Of a stretch of 64,000 nucleotides of DNA, positions 41,149 to 51,392 are shown piece by piece; the first letter of the stretch is position 1, and each line of letters starts with the position of its first letter. Made by a program: the position numbers and the translations under genes. The stretch lies in the IMG/VR virus record IMGVR_UViG_3300022562_001814, positions 104,738 to 168,737 of that record. One strand, given 5' to 3'. The notes beneath the pieces were generated by a model that made no database searches, had not been told where the DNA came from, and saw nothing but the letters and a program-made list of their open reading frames with translations. The stretch comes from a virus.

Positions 41149-41303
41149 TAGACCCTAATAAATCAGATAAAACAAAAAAAATGCAACAAATTATTAAGTT
41201 GCTTAAATTTTTGTTAACTCTAGATGATATGGAGATCATTAAAAATACTTTAGAATCTGTAATTGAAATTTTAGAAGAAGAAAATAATAATAACGAATCA
41301 TAG
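41145..41303 (+). CDS. Hypothetical 52-aa protein (not in the ORF track)
   Basis: ATGA overlap with the FmdB gene. Translates as MIDPNKSDKTKKMQQIIKLLKFLL... Confidence 0.5.
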   Translation: MIDPNKSDKTKKMQQIIKLLKFLLTLDDMEIIKNTLESVIEILEEENNNNES

Positions 41304-41373
41304 CAATAGTGAAGCATATTTTTACTACAAAAGAAATATTAAGTTGTGCCGTTTAAAAATAAAGGGTTAACGC

Positions 41374-42000
41374 ATGAGTATCGATGAAGCTCAAGATTTG
41401 ATGAAACAATTAATTAAATATCGTGAAAAGGCAAATAAAACAAAAGCATCAAAAGATGTTCGTAGTTTTAAAAATCATGAACGTCTTTGTATTGAAAAAT
41501 TTAAATATTTAGTAATGGGTAAAGTGGCTAAATATAGAAATTTTAGTAATTATGAGGACTTAGTGCAAGATGGTTTAGAAGCTTTAACGAAAGCAATGAG
41601 AAATTATAATCCAGAAAAAGGTATTTTTTTCTGGTGGGCTCATAAATATATTGATACTTGTATAGCGCGTCGCGCTAATTTACATACAACTATTAGGTTT
41701 CCTTTAAAATATGCTAAAAAAGTTGCCCCTCATAGAGAATCCGTTTTACCCGTATTAATTGATCAGTTATCCGGACCTCATGATATTTTAGAACGAAATG
41801 AAGCATTGAGAGCGGTTAATAAGAATTTTTCTAATTTATCCACAAATCAAAAGAAAGTTGTTCAGATGCTATTTGGTATAGATAATGAACAACCACAATC
41901 TATTTCAAAAGTTTGTCAACGTTTACGTATTTCTAGGCCGACTTGTGTGAAATTATTAGATCAAGTTTTTACTATTTTAAGAAAAAACGTTCAGTTGTAA
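41374..42000 (+). CDS. Phage-encoded sigma-70-family RNA polymerase sigma factor
   Basis: Region 2 YEDLVQDGLEALTKAMRNYNPEKG.FFWWA and region 4 LSTNQKKVVQMLFGI...SISKVCQRLRIS. Confidence 0.85.
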   Translation: MSIDEAQDLMKQLIKYREKANKTKASKDVRSFKNHERLCIEKFKYLVMGKVAKYRNFSNYEDLVQDGLEALTKAMRNYNPEKGIFFWWAHKYIDTCIARRANLHTTIRFPLKYAKKVAPHRESVLPVLIDQLSGPHDILERNEALRAVNKNFSNLSTNQKKVVQMLFGIDNEQPQSISKVCQRLRISRPTCVKLLDQVFTILRKNVQL

Positions 42001-42029
42001 ATTGAATTGAAACTAAATAAATTGTTACA

Positions 42030-42061
42030 CACTTTATAAATTAAAGTGACAGGATTTTTTT
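42030..42061 (+). terminator. Possible weak intrinsic terminator after the sigma gene
   Basis: cacttta-taaat-taaagtg hairpin followed a few nt later by a T run. The stem is AT-rich. Confidence 0.3.
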
Positions 42062-42086
42062 ACCCAAATTATCGATAAGAGAGACT

Positions 42087-43052
42087 ATGCCTTTATTAAC
42101 ACCGCGTCCTACATATGCCCCTTTTGAATATGAGCAAGCATACAAATATTGGGAATTGCAACAACAATCACACTGGTTACCAAGTGAGGTAAGCATGTCA
42201 TCCGATATTAATGATTGGAAAATGAATTTAACTGACACAGAGCGAAATTTAATCGGTCATATTTTAAAAGGATTTACTCAATCAGAGGTATTTATTCAAG
42301 AGTATTGGGGGCAAATGATTGGAAAATGGTTCAAAAAACCTGAAATACAAATGATGGCAGCCACATTTTCGGCATTTGAAAGCATACATGCCGTTGCTTA
42401 TGCATTATTAAATCAATCACTTGGGTTGGAAGATTTTGATGCTTTTTTGCACGAACCAAGCGCTAAAGCAAAGATTGATCGTTTAATTAATACCAAAGGC
42501 AAAACCAAAGAAGATATAGCTCGCAGTTTGGCTGTATTTTCTGCATTTAATGAAGGCGTTAATTTATTCAGTAGTTTTGCCGTTCTGCTAAATTTTTCCA
42601 GATTTAATAAACTTAAAGGAATTAGTCAAATTATTGCTTGGAGCATTCGTGATGAAAGCCTTCATTCAGAGGCTGGGTGTTGGTTATTTAAGACTTTAAT
42701 TTCAGAATATCCCGATATCTGGACAGATGAATTAAAAAAAGATATTTATGATGCTGCTCGGATTACAATAGAATTAGAAGATGCATTTATTTCTAAAGCC
42801 TTTTCTTTTGGAGAAATAGAAGGAATAACAGAAGCAGAATTGAAAAATTTTATTAGATTTAGAGCTAACACCAAATTAGAAGATTTAGGATTAAAAAAGA
42901 ATTGGAAAAATATAGACAAACAATTATTAGATAAAATGGGTTGGTTTGATGTTTTATCAAGCGGGGTGGCAATGCAAGATTTTTTTGCCGGAAGAGTAGC
43001 GGATTATTCTAAAGGAACAATTGATTTTAGTATGATTTGGGATGATAAATGA
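42087..43052 (+). CDS. nrdB: Ribonucleotide reductase class I beta subunit
   Basis: HWLPSEV, FESIHAVAY (ExxH plus radical Tyr), EGVNLFSSF, RDESLH and DFF motifs. Confidence 0.95.
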   Translation: MPLLTPRPTYAPFEYEQAYKYWELQQQSHWLPSEVSMSSDINDWKMNLTDTERNLIGHILKGFTQSEVFIQEYWGQMIGKWFKKPEIQMMAATFSAFESIHAVAYALLNQSLGLEDFDAFLHEPSAKAKIDRLINTKGKTKEDIARSLAVFSAFNEGVNLFSSFAVLLNFSRFNKLKGISQIIAWSIRDESLHSEAGCWLFKTLISEYPDIWTDELKKDIYDAARITIELEDAFISKAFSFGEIEGITEAELKNFIRFRANTKLEDLGLKKNWKNIDKQLLDKMGWFDVLSSGVAMQDFFAGRVADYSKGTIDFSMIWDDK

Positions 43053-43741
43053 AGAAATGCACAAAATGCAATATATCTAAATCATTGGATTATTTTACAA
43101 AAAGGAAATCCAACAAAGACGGTTTAATGTATATATGTAAAGATTGTAGAAGATTTCAACGACAACAGCTTAGGCTTAAAAATATAGAGGCGTGTAGAGA
43201 AAAAGATAAAGAATATTATCAAAAGAATAAAGAAAAAATAAAATTAGAAAAAAAACAATATAGGGAAGAAAATAAAGAAAAATTACGCACAAATCGAAAA
43301 TCAGAAGAAAATCGAAAAAAAAGAAGAATTAAAAAGAAAATAATGAAAGAAAATAATCCTCTTTTTAAATTAAGGGATAGAATTTCTAACGCCATATATC
43401 AAGCTTTAAAAATAAAAAACGGACACAAAAATAAGAAATCTATTTTAAAATTTTTACCATATACTATTCAAGAGTTAAAGTATCATTTGGAATTTCAATT
43501 TGAACCTTGGATGAATTGGAATAATCACGGCATATATGATAATTTAAATTGGGACGATAATAATCCATTAACGTGGAAATGGCAAATTGATCATATCATC
43601 CCGCACTCAACATTTAAATATGTATCAATGGAAAGTGATGATTTTAAAAAATGCTGGGCATTAGAAAATTTAAGACCATATTCTGCTAAACAGAATATTA
43701 TGGATGGTGTAAGTAGAATAAGACATGTGGGTGATTTATGA
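43049..43741 (+). CDS. Free-standing HNH endonuclease between nrdB and nrdA
   Basis: CTKC...CKDC and IDHIIPHS...CWALENLRPYSAKQN. ATGA overlaps at both ends. Confidence 0.85.
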   Translation: MKKCTKCNISKSLDYFTKRKSNKDGLMYICKDCRRFQRQQLRLKNIEACREKDKEYYQKNKEKIKLEKKQYREENKEKLRTNRKSEENRKKRRIKKKIMKENNPLFKLRDRISNAIYQALKIKNGHKNKKSILKFLPYTIQELKYHLEFQFEPWMNWNNHGIYDNLNWDDNNPLTWKWQIDHIIPHSTFKYVSMESDDFKKCWALENLRPYSAKQNIMDGVSRIRHVGDL

Positions 43742-45435
43742 AAAATTTTAAAGAATTAAAAGAGGCTTTAGAAATTCCAAAATGGATGGATGAAAATGGG
43801 TTTAAGACATTATCTAACGGGTATTTGTTAGAAAATGAAACCCCAAAAGAGATGTATAAAAGAGTATCAAAAGCATGCGCATCATATTATACAGATGCTG
43901 GTAAATGGGAAGAAAAATTTTTCAATGTTTTATGGAATAATTGGGTCGGGGTCGCTTCACCCATATTATCCAATATGGGCACAAAACGTGGTTTACCAAT
44001 TTCATGCAACTCAATTCATATTGCTGATAGTATTGATAATATTTTTATAAAAAATCATGAATTGGCCATGCTATCTAAACATGGCGCTGGTGTTGGGATA
44101 TATATCGGAGATATTCGTGCAAGGGGGGCCAATATTAATGGTAATGGTTTTTCTGATGGTGTTATAGGTTGGTGTAAAAATTATGATAGTACAATTGTTA
44201 GTGTATCTCAGGGTTCAACTAGACGCGGCGCAGCAGCTGTTTATCTACCAATAGATCATGGTGATATAGATGAATTTTTAAATTTACGTAGACCAACTGG
44301 TGATCTTAATAGGCGTTGTCAAAATCTTAACCATGGTGTATGCATTGATGATGGTTGGATGAAAGCAATGTTGTCCGGAGATAAGGAAAAAAGACAACGC
44401 TGGCAATCTTTACTTTTGAATCGTATTGAAACGGGAGAGCCTTATATATTTTTTACTGATAATGTTAATAATCAAAATCCAGAATGTTATATATCAAATA
44501 AGTTAGATGTAAAAACCTCTAATATTTGTACTGAAATATTTTTATATACTGACCCAGAGCATTCTTTTGTTTGTTGTTTATCATCATTAAATTTAACAAA
44601 ATGGGATGAATGGAAAGATACTGATACTGTTGAAGTAATAACGCGATTTTTAGACGCCGTTATACAAGAATATATAGTTAAATCAGAGGGAATCCCGGGA
44701 TTAGAGTGCTCACGTCGTTCTGCTATTAAGGGTCGAGCAATTGGTATTGGTGTTTTAGGTTGGCACACACTATTGCAACAAAATATGATACCTTTTGATA
44801 GCTTTGAAGCTATGCGGCTTAATAATGAAATATTTAAAACTATAAGAGAAAGGGCAGAAAAAGAAACAGCTATTCTTGCAAAAGAATTGGGTGAGCCAGA
44901 ATGGTGCAAGGGGCACAATAGACGCAATAGTCATTTACTAGCTGTGGCCCCTACGGTTTCTAATTCACTTATTTCTGGTGGATATAGCCCTGGTATTGAA
45001 CCTATTGCGGCTAATATTTATTCACAAAAATCCGCCAAAGGCACTTTTATTAGAAAAAATCCAACTCTCGAACAACTATTAGAAAAAAAAGAAAAGAATA
45101 CAATCGAAGTTTGGAAATCAATCAATGAAAAAACCGGTAGTGTTCAGCATCTTAATTTTCTAACTAAAGAAGAAAAAGAAGTATTTCTTACCGCTCGGGA
45201 AATAAATCAACACGCAATTATAAAGCAAGCCGCCCAGCGTCAACGTTGGATTGATCAGGGGCAATCCGTTAATCTATTTTTTGCTTCCAATTCTGATCCT
45301 AAATACATACACGAAGTGCATATTGCAGCCTGGGAAAGCGGATTAAAAACATTATATTATTGTAGATCCGAAGGTGTTATCAGGGGCGATTTAGCATCAC
45401 GTTCCAAAGAAGAGTGTAGCGCTTGTGAAGGATAA
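43738..45435 (+). CDS. nrdA: Ribonucleotide reductase class I alpha subunit (short form, no evident ATP cone)
   Basis: ISCN, SNICTEI (NxCxE), CCLSSLNL, VAPT, DQGQSVN, TLYY and a C-terminal CSACEG. Confidence 0.95.
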   Translation: MKNFKELKEALEIPKWMDENGFKTLSNGYLLENETPKEMYKRVSKACASYYTDAGKWEEKFFNVLWNNWVGVASPILSNMGTKRGLPISCNSIHIADSIDNIFIKNHELAMLSKHGAGVGIYIGDIRARGANINGNGFSDGVIGWCKNYDSTIVSVSQGSTRRGAAAVYLPIDHGDIDEFLNLRRPTGDLNRRCQNLNHGVCIDDGWMKAMLSGDKEKRQRWQSLLLNRIETGEPYIFFTDNVNNQNPECYISNKLDVKTSNICTEIFLYTDPEHSFVCCLSSLNLTKWDEWKDTDTVEVITRFLDAVIQEYIVKSEGIPGLECSRRSAIKGRAIGIGVLGWHTLLQQNMIPFDSFEAMRLNNEIFKTIRERAEKETAILAKELGEPEWCKGHNRRNSHLLAVAPTVSNSLISGGYSPGIEPIAANIYSQKSAKGTFIRKNPTLEQLLEKKEKNTIEVWKSINEKTGSVQHLNFLTKEEKEVFLTAREINQHAIIKQAAQRQRWIDQGQSVNLFFASNSDPKYIHEVHIAAWESGLKTLYYCRSEGVIRGDLASRSKEECSACEG

Positions 45436-45459
45436 TTTCATATTTTTGCATTTTAGGGT

Positions 45460-45819
45460 ATGGAATATACAATTTTGCTAGATAAAAACGCTAAAATTAG
45501 AGAAATTGAAGCGGAAGAACAGACTAGATTTGTAGTTTCAATAATAGAGGCTTTAGAAATTCCATTCGAATGGGATTCTAATCAAACATTTACAATATTA
45601 GATAAAGTTAGATTGAGAAAACTTTTAAATCAATATAATATATCGGTTATAGATGATATGGAGGGAGGTTTAAAAATATTTTTAGAACGTGAGCTAATTG
45701 CTGAATGGAAAAAACCATTTTATGTTCTCAGAGAGGATCCATCCCAAATAGATCCTAAAAAAAAGTTGTATATTGAAATGAAATGTTCATTTTCAAGTAT
45801 GTTTGAAAATGAAACTTAA
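45460..45819 (+). CDS. Hypothetical protein
   Basis: 119-aa ORF. Confidence 0.6.
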   Translation: MEYTILLDKNAKIREIEAEEQTRFVVSIIEALEIPFEWDSNQTFTILDKVRLRKLLNQYNISVIDDMEGGLKIFLERELIAEWKKPFYVLREDPSQIDPKKKLYIEMKCSFSSMFENET

Positions 45820-47176
45820 CATCGGAATTAATGTGAACAAAATTTATATACTTGATACTTCAACAATAATTTATCATCCATTTTGTTATAAAAGTTTTAA
45901 AAAAAATACGGTAGTTATACCTGTTCCAGTTTTAGAAGAATTGGATAAGTTAAAATCTTATCACGATGAAACTGGAAAAAATGCGAGAACTTTTATTAGA
46001 TTATTAGATAATCTTATTAAAACTTCAAAAGAAGAAATTCATTCGGGAATTAAAATTGAAGATGATATAATTTTAAAAATTGAAACTAATATTCATTTTA
46101 ATGAAGATTTTGGTTCACCTTTATATGGTGATAATAGAATTTTATCTTATGTATCACACGCAACTAAATCCAGCAAATCTAAAAAAGCAATTTTAGTTAG
46201 CAAAGATATTGGATTAAGGGTAAGAGCAAGATCGTATGGGTTATTGGCAGAAGATTATATTAAAGACAATTATAATATCAATGATGTTCCAACCAATCAT
46301 AAATATTTATCTATTGATGAATTAGAAATTAACGATTATTATAAATATAATATATTAGATGTATCTGATGAGATAATTAATAAATTGCAATTAAAAGCAA
46401 ATGATTTTGTTTCATTAAAAGATCCATCAGGTCAAGAAATTGGGCACACTCGATATTTTGCTCAAAATAAATCATTAAAACCGGTAAATAGGATTAAAAA
46501 TATATTTGGTATTAATGCTAAGAATTTAGAGCAACAATTTGCTATAGATTTATTGTTGGATAATGATGTTAAATTGGTTATGTTGTCCGGACCCAGTGGA
46601 ACCGGTAAAAGCCTTCTCACCATAGCTACAGGGCTTTATAATTTAATGGAGAGGACTGATAAGAAATATGAAAAATTAATGATTATGAAACCAATAATAA
46701 GCGTTGGTAAAGATCTTGGTATTCTTCCAGGATCGAAGGAAGAAAAGTTAAGCCCGTATTTGGCGTCTTATTATGATAATATTAATTTCTTAATGAAAAA
46801 TTCTAAACAGTCTAGAAATAATAAGATGGGTAATATGGACCCATATCTTTCTTTAATGATGGAAAATGGTATGATTGAAATAGAAGCAATTTCTTATCTT
46901 CGTGGTAGATCGTTACCCAATTCTTTTATTATTATAGATGAAATTCAAAATAGCTCAATGCATGAATTAAAAACTATATTAACTAGAATAGGAGAGGGTT
47001 CAAAAATTGTATTAATTGGTGATGAATCACAAATTGATAATATGAGTTTATCTTTTGGTTCCAATGCATTGGCTACAGCTGTTAATAAATTCGTGAATCA
47101 TCCGATAGCAGGACATGTATTATTAACAAAAGGTGAAAGAAGCGAATTGGCGACTTTAGCTGCTAAAATTTTATAA
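45803..47176 (+). CDS. phoH: PIN-domain PhoH-family ATPase
   Basis: PIN motifs ILDTS, VLEELD, DNRIL, SKD. PhoH motifs GPSGTGKS, LGILPG, LRGRS, IIDEIQN, GD..QID, ERS. Confidence 0.9.
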   Translation: MKMKLNIGINVNKIYILDTSTIIYHPFCYKSFKKNTVVIPVPVLEELDKLKSYHDETGKNARTFIRLLDNLIKTSKEEIHSGIKIEDDIILKIETNIHFNEDFGSPLYGDNRILSYVSHATKSSKSKKAILVSKDIGLRVRARSYGLLAEDYIKDNYNINDVPTNHKYLSIDELEINDYYKYNILDVSDEIINKLQLKANDFVSLKDPSGQEIGHTRYFAQNKSLKPVNRIKNIFGINAKNLEQQFAIDLLLDNDVKLVMLSGPSGTGKSLLTIATGLYNLMERTDKKYEKLMIMKPIISVGKDLGILPGSKEEKLSPYLASYYDNINFLMKNSKQSRNNKMGNMDPYLSLMMENGMIEIEAISYLRGRSLPNSFIIIDEIQNSSMHELKTILTRIGEGSKIVLIGDESQIDNMSLSFGSNALATAVNKFVNHPIAGHVLLTKGERSELATLAAKIL

Positions 47177-47218
47177 ATTTATATACTTGATGATATATAT
47201 TGACGCAAGAGGAAAAAA

Positions 47219-47467
47219 ATGGCAGGTCAAGATACAGTAAAAGAATATTTATCAGAACAAGATAAACATGCCTTAGATTTAGTAAAAATGAAAAGAGCTT
47301 TAGCTTTAGCTAATGCGGAAAAGGCTTTGGCTCAAAATGAAAGTGCTGAATTAGCTTATAATAATTTAGTCTTACAAATTTCTTTTAAATATGGTTTAAA
47401 AGAAAAAGACTTAATTAATGAACAAGGCGAAATTATTCGTTCCCAGAATCAAGAATCTGTTGAATAA
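47219..47467 (+). CDS. Hypothetical protein
   Basis: 82 aa with a GAGGA ribosome-binding site. Confidence 0.6.
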   Translation: MAGQDTVKEYLSEQDKHALDLVKMKRALALANAEKALAQNESAELAYNNLVLQISFKYGLKEKDLINEQGEIIRSQNQESVE

Positions 47468-47484
47468 TAAATAAAGGATTTATA

Positions 47485-47697
47485 ATGAAAGTTCAAGATA
47501 TATCCGCATTGATAGCGGTACGGGAATTTACTTTTCGTTCCATAGATAATATTTTAATTAAAATGTCAAAAGAAGAAGTGGCATTGCTTCAACGAAAATT
47601 GTCTTTAATGGATCAAAAAATTATTGAAGGTATAATTAAATTAAATTTAGATTCTTTGCAAGAAAAAGAAAATTTAAAAAATGAGAATTCAAAATAA
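47485..47697 (+). CDS. Hypothetical protein
   Basis: 70 aa with an AAGGA ribosome-binding site. Confidence 0.55.
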   Translation: MKVQDISALIAVREFTFRSIDNILIKMSKEEVALLQRKLSLMDQKIIEGIIKLNLDSLQEKENLKNENSK

Positions 47698-48484
47698 TTC
47701 TGAAAAATTACAAAACCATTTTGTTCATTTACACGATGATGATTGGTTAAATAAACAGCGTGTTGCAGGACATTGTTGGTATGAGGTTTTTTCGTTATTA
47801 TTAGATTTTATTAAAAATGAAAAAGAATTTACTCTAAAAGAATTAGATGATTTTGGTGGTAATGAAATCAGAAAACGTGATTGCATCCCTACCTTTTTGA
47901 ATTATCGCGGGTTCCCAAATAATTTATGTTTATCTGTTAATAAGGAATTGGTGCATGGCATTGGCAATAAATATAAATTACAATCTGGCGATTTATTGAG
48001 TATTGATTTTGGCGCTACCTATAAGGGGGCGATTGCCGATGCGGCGTCCACCATTATTTATGGTGAACCAAAATCAGAAGAACATATTAAATTAATTCAA
48101 ACAACAAAAGAATGTTTAAAGAATGCAATTAATATAATTAAACCGGAAGTTCGTATAGGTGCGATTGGGCATGCAATTTATCGAACGGCTAAAAAACAGG
48201 GATTTAATGTTATAAATAATTTTGGTGGACATTCATTAGATTGGAATCGTCCTCACGCTTTTCTATTTATTCCTAATAGATCAGAGCCAGATGATGGAAT
48301 AATGATACAGTCAGGTTTAACATTAGCTATAGAGCCTTTATTAGTGCCCGGTAATTGTAGTACAAAACATAAACTCGAACCAGATGGTTGGACAATTAAA
48401 ACAGATGAAATTGGTGCTCACGAAGAGGCAACAATTTTTGTGCATCAAGATAAAGTAGAAATAATTGCCGGATTGATAGATTAA
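47681..48484 (+). CDS. map: Methionine aminopeptidase type I
   Basis: CLSVN..VHG, IDFG...IADAA, GGH, AIEP and AHEE supply all five D/D/H/E/E metal ligands. Confidence 0.9.
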   Translation: MRIQNNSEKLQNHFVHLHDDDWLNKQRVAGHCWYEVFSLLLDFIKNEKEFTLKELDDFGGNEIRKRDCIPTFLNYRGFPNNLCLSVNKELVHGIGNKYKLQSGDLLSIDFGATYKGAIADAASTIIYGEPKSEEHIKLIQTTKECLKNAINIIKPEVRIGAIGHAIYRTAKKQGFNVINNFGGHSLDWNRPHAFLFIPNRSEPDDGIMIQSGLTLAIEPLLVPGNCSTKHKLEPDGWTIKTDEIGAHEEATIFVHQDKVEIIAGLID

Positions 48485-48492
48485 GGTATTAA

Positions 48493-48672
48493 ATGGGTAA
48501 AACTGATGCTAAAATTATAACAATTGATGATCAAATATTAATAACTGAATACGATGATTGGGATCAGGCATTCAAATATTTATTAGAATTCACACAAAAT
48601 ATTCATTATAAATCAGCCACATTAATTGATGTAGAAACAGGAAACGAAGTAGTTTCATTAAGAAAATTATAA
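48493..48672 (+). CDS. Hypothetical 59-aa protein (not in the ORF track)
   Basis: AAGGT ribosome-binding site. Translates as MGKTDAKIITIDDQ...VVSLRKL. Confidence 0.55.
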   Translation: MGKTDAKIITIDDQILITEYDDWDQAFKYLLEFTQNIHYKSATLIDVETGNEVVSLRKL

Positions 48673-48676
48673 TAAA

Positions 48677-48850
48677 ATGAAAATAACATTTGAAGATAAC
48701 AGTTATATAGAAGTTGTAAAATCTAACGCTCCTAATAAAGTATTTGTTACTGTTGCGGCTAAAAGTATAGAGAATTCTAAAAAATTGATAATTAATTGTG
48801 TTGAACTCACAACAGAACAATTATTGGCTTTATTTAAATCTAGTTCATAA
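48677..48850 (+). CDS. Hypothetical 57-aa protein (not in the ORF track)
   Basis: Translates as MKITFEDNSYIEVVKS...LFKSSS and packs 4 nt after the previous stop. Confidence 0.55.
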   Translation: MKITFEDNSYIEVVKSNAPNKVFVTVAAKSIENSKKLIINCVELTTEQLLALFKSSS

Positions 48851-48913
48851 TTATTTATAATTATTGACGATTTAATGGGCGATTAAACGGTCAAATATTT
48901 GGCATATTAATAA

Positions 48914-51346
48914 ATGGCTTCTCGTTACCCTGCCCAAATAGATTCATCTTCTAATTTGCCTACTATTGTGGATAATTTTACGCCAGTTTCGGCTGTTGCG
49001 GTAAATAATTTACGTGATGCTATAATTAATGTTCAAACAGAATTAGGTATAAAACCAAGCGGTACATCTGGCACCTTAAAATCAAGATTAGATCAAAGTG
49101 ATATTTTAGTTGCCGGGGCAGTAACTGATAGTTTAACGGCTCTAACCGCTGTTAACAACATTCTTGCTAATGGTGTAGACAAAATAAATGGTGCTACGGT
49201 TCCTATTGCCGGTTCTTTAGTAGTAGGCACCGTATTGCGTGTCATTGGAACCAGTGCTCTTGACTATGGGGCAGTAGATTTAGCTAATGTTTCGGCAGTT
49301 ACTGGAATTTTACCCGCTATTAATCAAGCTAATCAAACTTTAGGATTAGACTTATCCGGCACCACTGATGCTGCAGCTGTAGAAGCGTTAACAGGAAATT
49401 CTAACATTGTAATTATAAGATCAACTGCCAAAATATTACAGTGGGAAGCGAGTACGGTAACACCAACAATTACTCAGGCAGATAAAACAATTGCCAGTGA
49501 TACTGGCGAAAGTTTAATTATTCATGCACAAAATGAAACCGGAACTACATCTACTGGTGGGGCGATAATATTACAGTCTGGCACAGGCACTAGTGCTGAC
49601 GGTTATATATCAATGTATACGGGCAGTAATGTTCGGTTTACAGTAAATGCTACGGGTATAATCACGATTACTAATTTAGGCACAGGAATCGTGCATGCAG
49701 ATTCATCCGGCAATTTAACAAGCAGTGAAATTGTCAATGCGGATGTGTCTGCAACAGCTGCTATTGTTGGTACGAAAATTACACCTAATTTTGGTTCACA
49801 GGCAATTACTACTTCAAGCTCACTATCTGCAAATGATATTTCTGCAACCACTACAATTAGTGGTAATGCTTTATCAGCCACCACTTCTCTAACTGCTGCC
49901 ACAGCGGATATTACTACATCGGTGGAAATTGGCACCACTCCTTCAACAACAGGAACTATTAGATTAGCTAGTGGGTTTTCTATAGAAAGTAGAGATAATG
50001 GTGATACTGCAAATTTAACAGCATTAACTTCTAATGCTTCTGATGAATTATTTTTGGGCACCGATTCATCTTACACAAGCGCTTTTCAATATGCTAATGT
50101 ACGTATTTATCCTTCTGGTAGTGTTTTATTAGGCAAGGGTTCTACAACTTATGCCCAATTAGGCGCCGCCGCATCTGATTTCATTGCGTTAGGTGCAACC
50201 CCTGCAACTACAGGATTTATACGAATTCCTTATAATGGGGGTTCTGCGGTTCCCATAATAGTAGGTAAGGCTGCAGACACTTCTGATAATGCTTTTCTTA
50301 CATATGGTTCAGGAAATCAATGGTATATTGGTGCTACAACATATACTCATAATATATTTTTAAACGCTATTTCTATACAAAACGTTGCAAATGGTGGAAC
50401 TTATACTAATTATCATACCGGCGGGTTTGATGTTTATAATTATACTAATGCAGCATATGATTATAGAATTAATTCCACCGGATTTAATTTAGTTACAAAA
50501 CCTGGCGGTCGCGCAGCTGATAAAAAAAATATAGGTTTAAGATTAACCTTAACAACTGGAACCCCGGTCACAACATCAGATGTTACTGCAGCTAGTACAT
50601 TGTATTTGACACCTTATTTATCTCAACAAATTGCATTATTTGACGGAACTGATTGGTGGGAATATCAAACAACAGAAATTTCCTTATCTTTGTCTAGTTT
50701 AACTAGTGGTAAAAATTATGATGTTTTTGCTTATTGGACCGGCTCTGTTGTAGCATTAGAATTATCTGCTGCATGGAGTACCGATACAGCACGTACGGAC
50801 GCATTAACAACACAAGATGGTGTTTTGGTTAAATCAGGTGTAACAACACGTAGATATTTGGGTACAATTCGTACAACAAGTACTACTACAACAGAAGATA
50901 GTTATGCAAAGCGTTTTGTTTGGAATTATTATAACCGTACACGTCGTCCTATGAAAGTTATAGAATCAGCGAATAGCTGGACGTATAGCGGAGTAGCACG
51001 ACCATACAACAACAATACCGCAAATGCTATTGCATATGTGTGTGGGGAGATAATTCACGTTCACGCATCTGCACGTGGAATGGCATTTTACACGGCAGCT
51101 AACTGGGGCGCCGCAGTAGATATAGGGGTAGATTCTACCTCGACTGGAAGTGCGATCACGAAGACGGGAGGGTACACTTTAGCCAGCGCTTATAATTGGC
51201 CTGAGGCAGAATATCATGGGGCTCCGGGTCTTGGATATCATAATCTAACTATGTTGGAAAGAAGTGGGAATAGTGTCAATTTTTACGGAGATAATAATGA
51301 TCCAACTTATTTTCAAGCAGGCATCATAGGAACCGTATTCGGATAA
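48914..51346 (+). CDS. Fibre-like virion protein 1
   Basis: 810 aa, Thr/Ser/Gly/Ala-rich, with the shared N-terminal YP..ID...NNLRDA....TELGIKPSG module. Confidence 0.7.
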   Translation: MASRYPAQIDSSSNLPTIVDNFTPVSAVAVNNLRDAIINVQTELGIKPSGTSGTLKSRLDQSDILVAGAVTDSLTALTAVNNILANGVDKINGATVPIAGSLVVGTVLRVIGTSALDYGAVDLANVSAVTGILPAINQANQTLGLDLSGTTDAAAVEALTGNSNIVIIRSTAKILQWEASTVTPTITQADKTIASDTGESLIIHAQNETGTTSTGGAIILQSGTGTSADGYISMYTGSNVRFTVNATGIITITNLGTGIVHADSSGNLTSSEIVNADVSATAAIVGTKITPNFGSQAITTSSSLSANDISATTTISGNALSATTSLTAATADITTSVEIGTTPSTTGTIRLASGFSIESRDNGDTANLTALTSNASDELFLGTDSSYTSAFQYANVRIYPSGSVLLGKGSTTYAQLGAAASDFIALGATPATTGFIRIPYNGGSAVPIIVGKAADTSDNAFLTYGSGNQWYIGATTYTHNIFLNAISIQNVANGGTYTNYHTGGFDVYNYTNAAYDYRINSTGFNLVTKPGGRAADKKNIGLRLTLTTGTPVTTSDVTAASTLYLTPYLSQQIALFDGTDWWEYQTTEISLSLSSLTSGKNYDVFAYWTGSVVALELSAAWSTDTARTDALTTQDGVLVKSGVTTRRYLGTIRTTSTTTTEDSYAKRFVWNYYNRTRRPMKVIESANSWTYSGVARPYNNNTANAIAYVCGEIIHVHASARGMAFYTAANWGAAVDIGVDSTSTGSAITKTGGYTLASAYNWPEAEYHGAPGLGYHNLTMLERSGNSVNFYGDNNDPTYFQAGIIGTVFG

Positions 51347-51392
51347 TAAAATGAAACAAACAAGAATAAATTAATATAACAATGGAATTTAA

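Noticed and set aside
42020-42086. NrdR box upstream of nrdB
   Set aside because: No convincing match to the NrdR palindromic consensus; the inverted repeat fits a weak hairpin better.
38370-45435. Inteins or group I introns in dnaB, nrdA or nrdB
   Set aside because: The proteins are of normal or short length with contiguous motifs, and the HNH lies between the genes, not within one.
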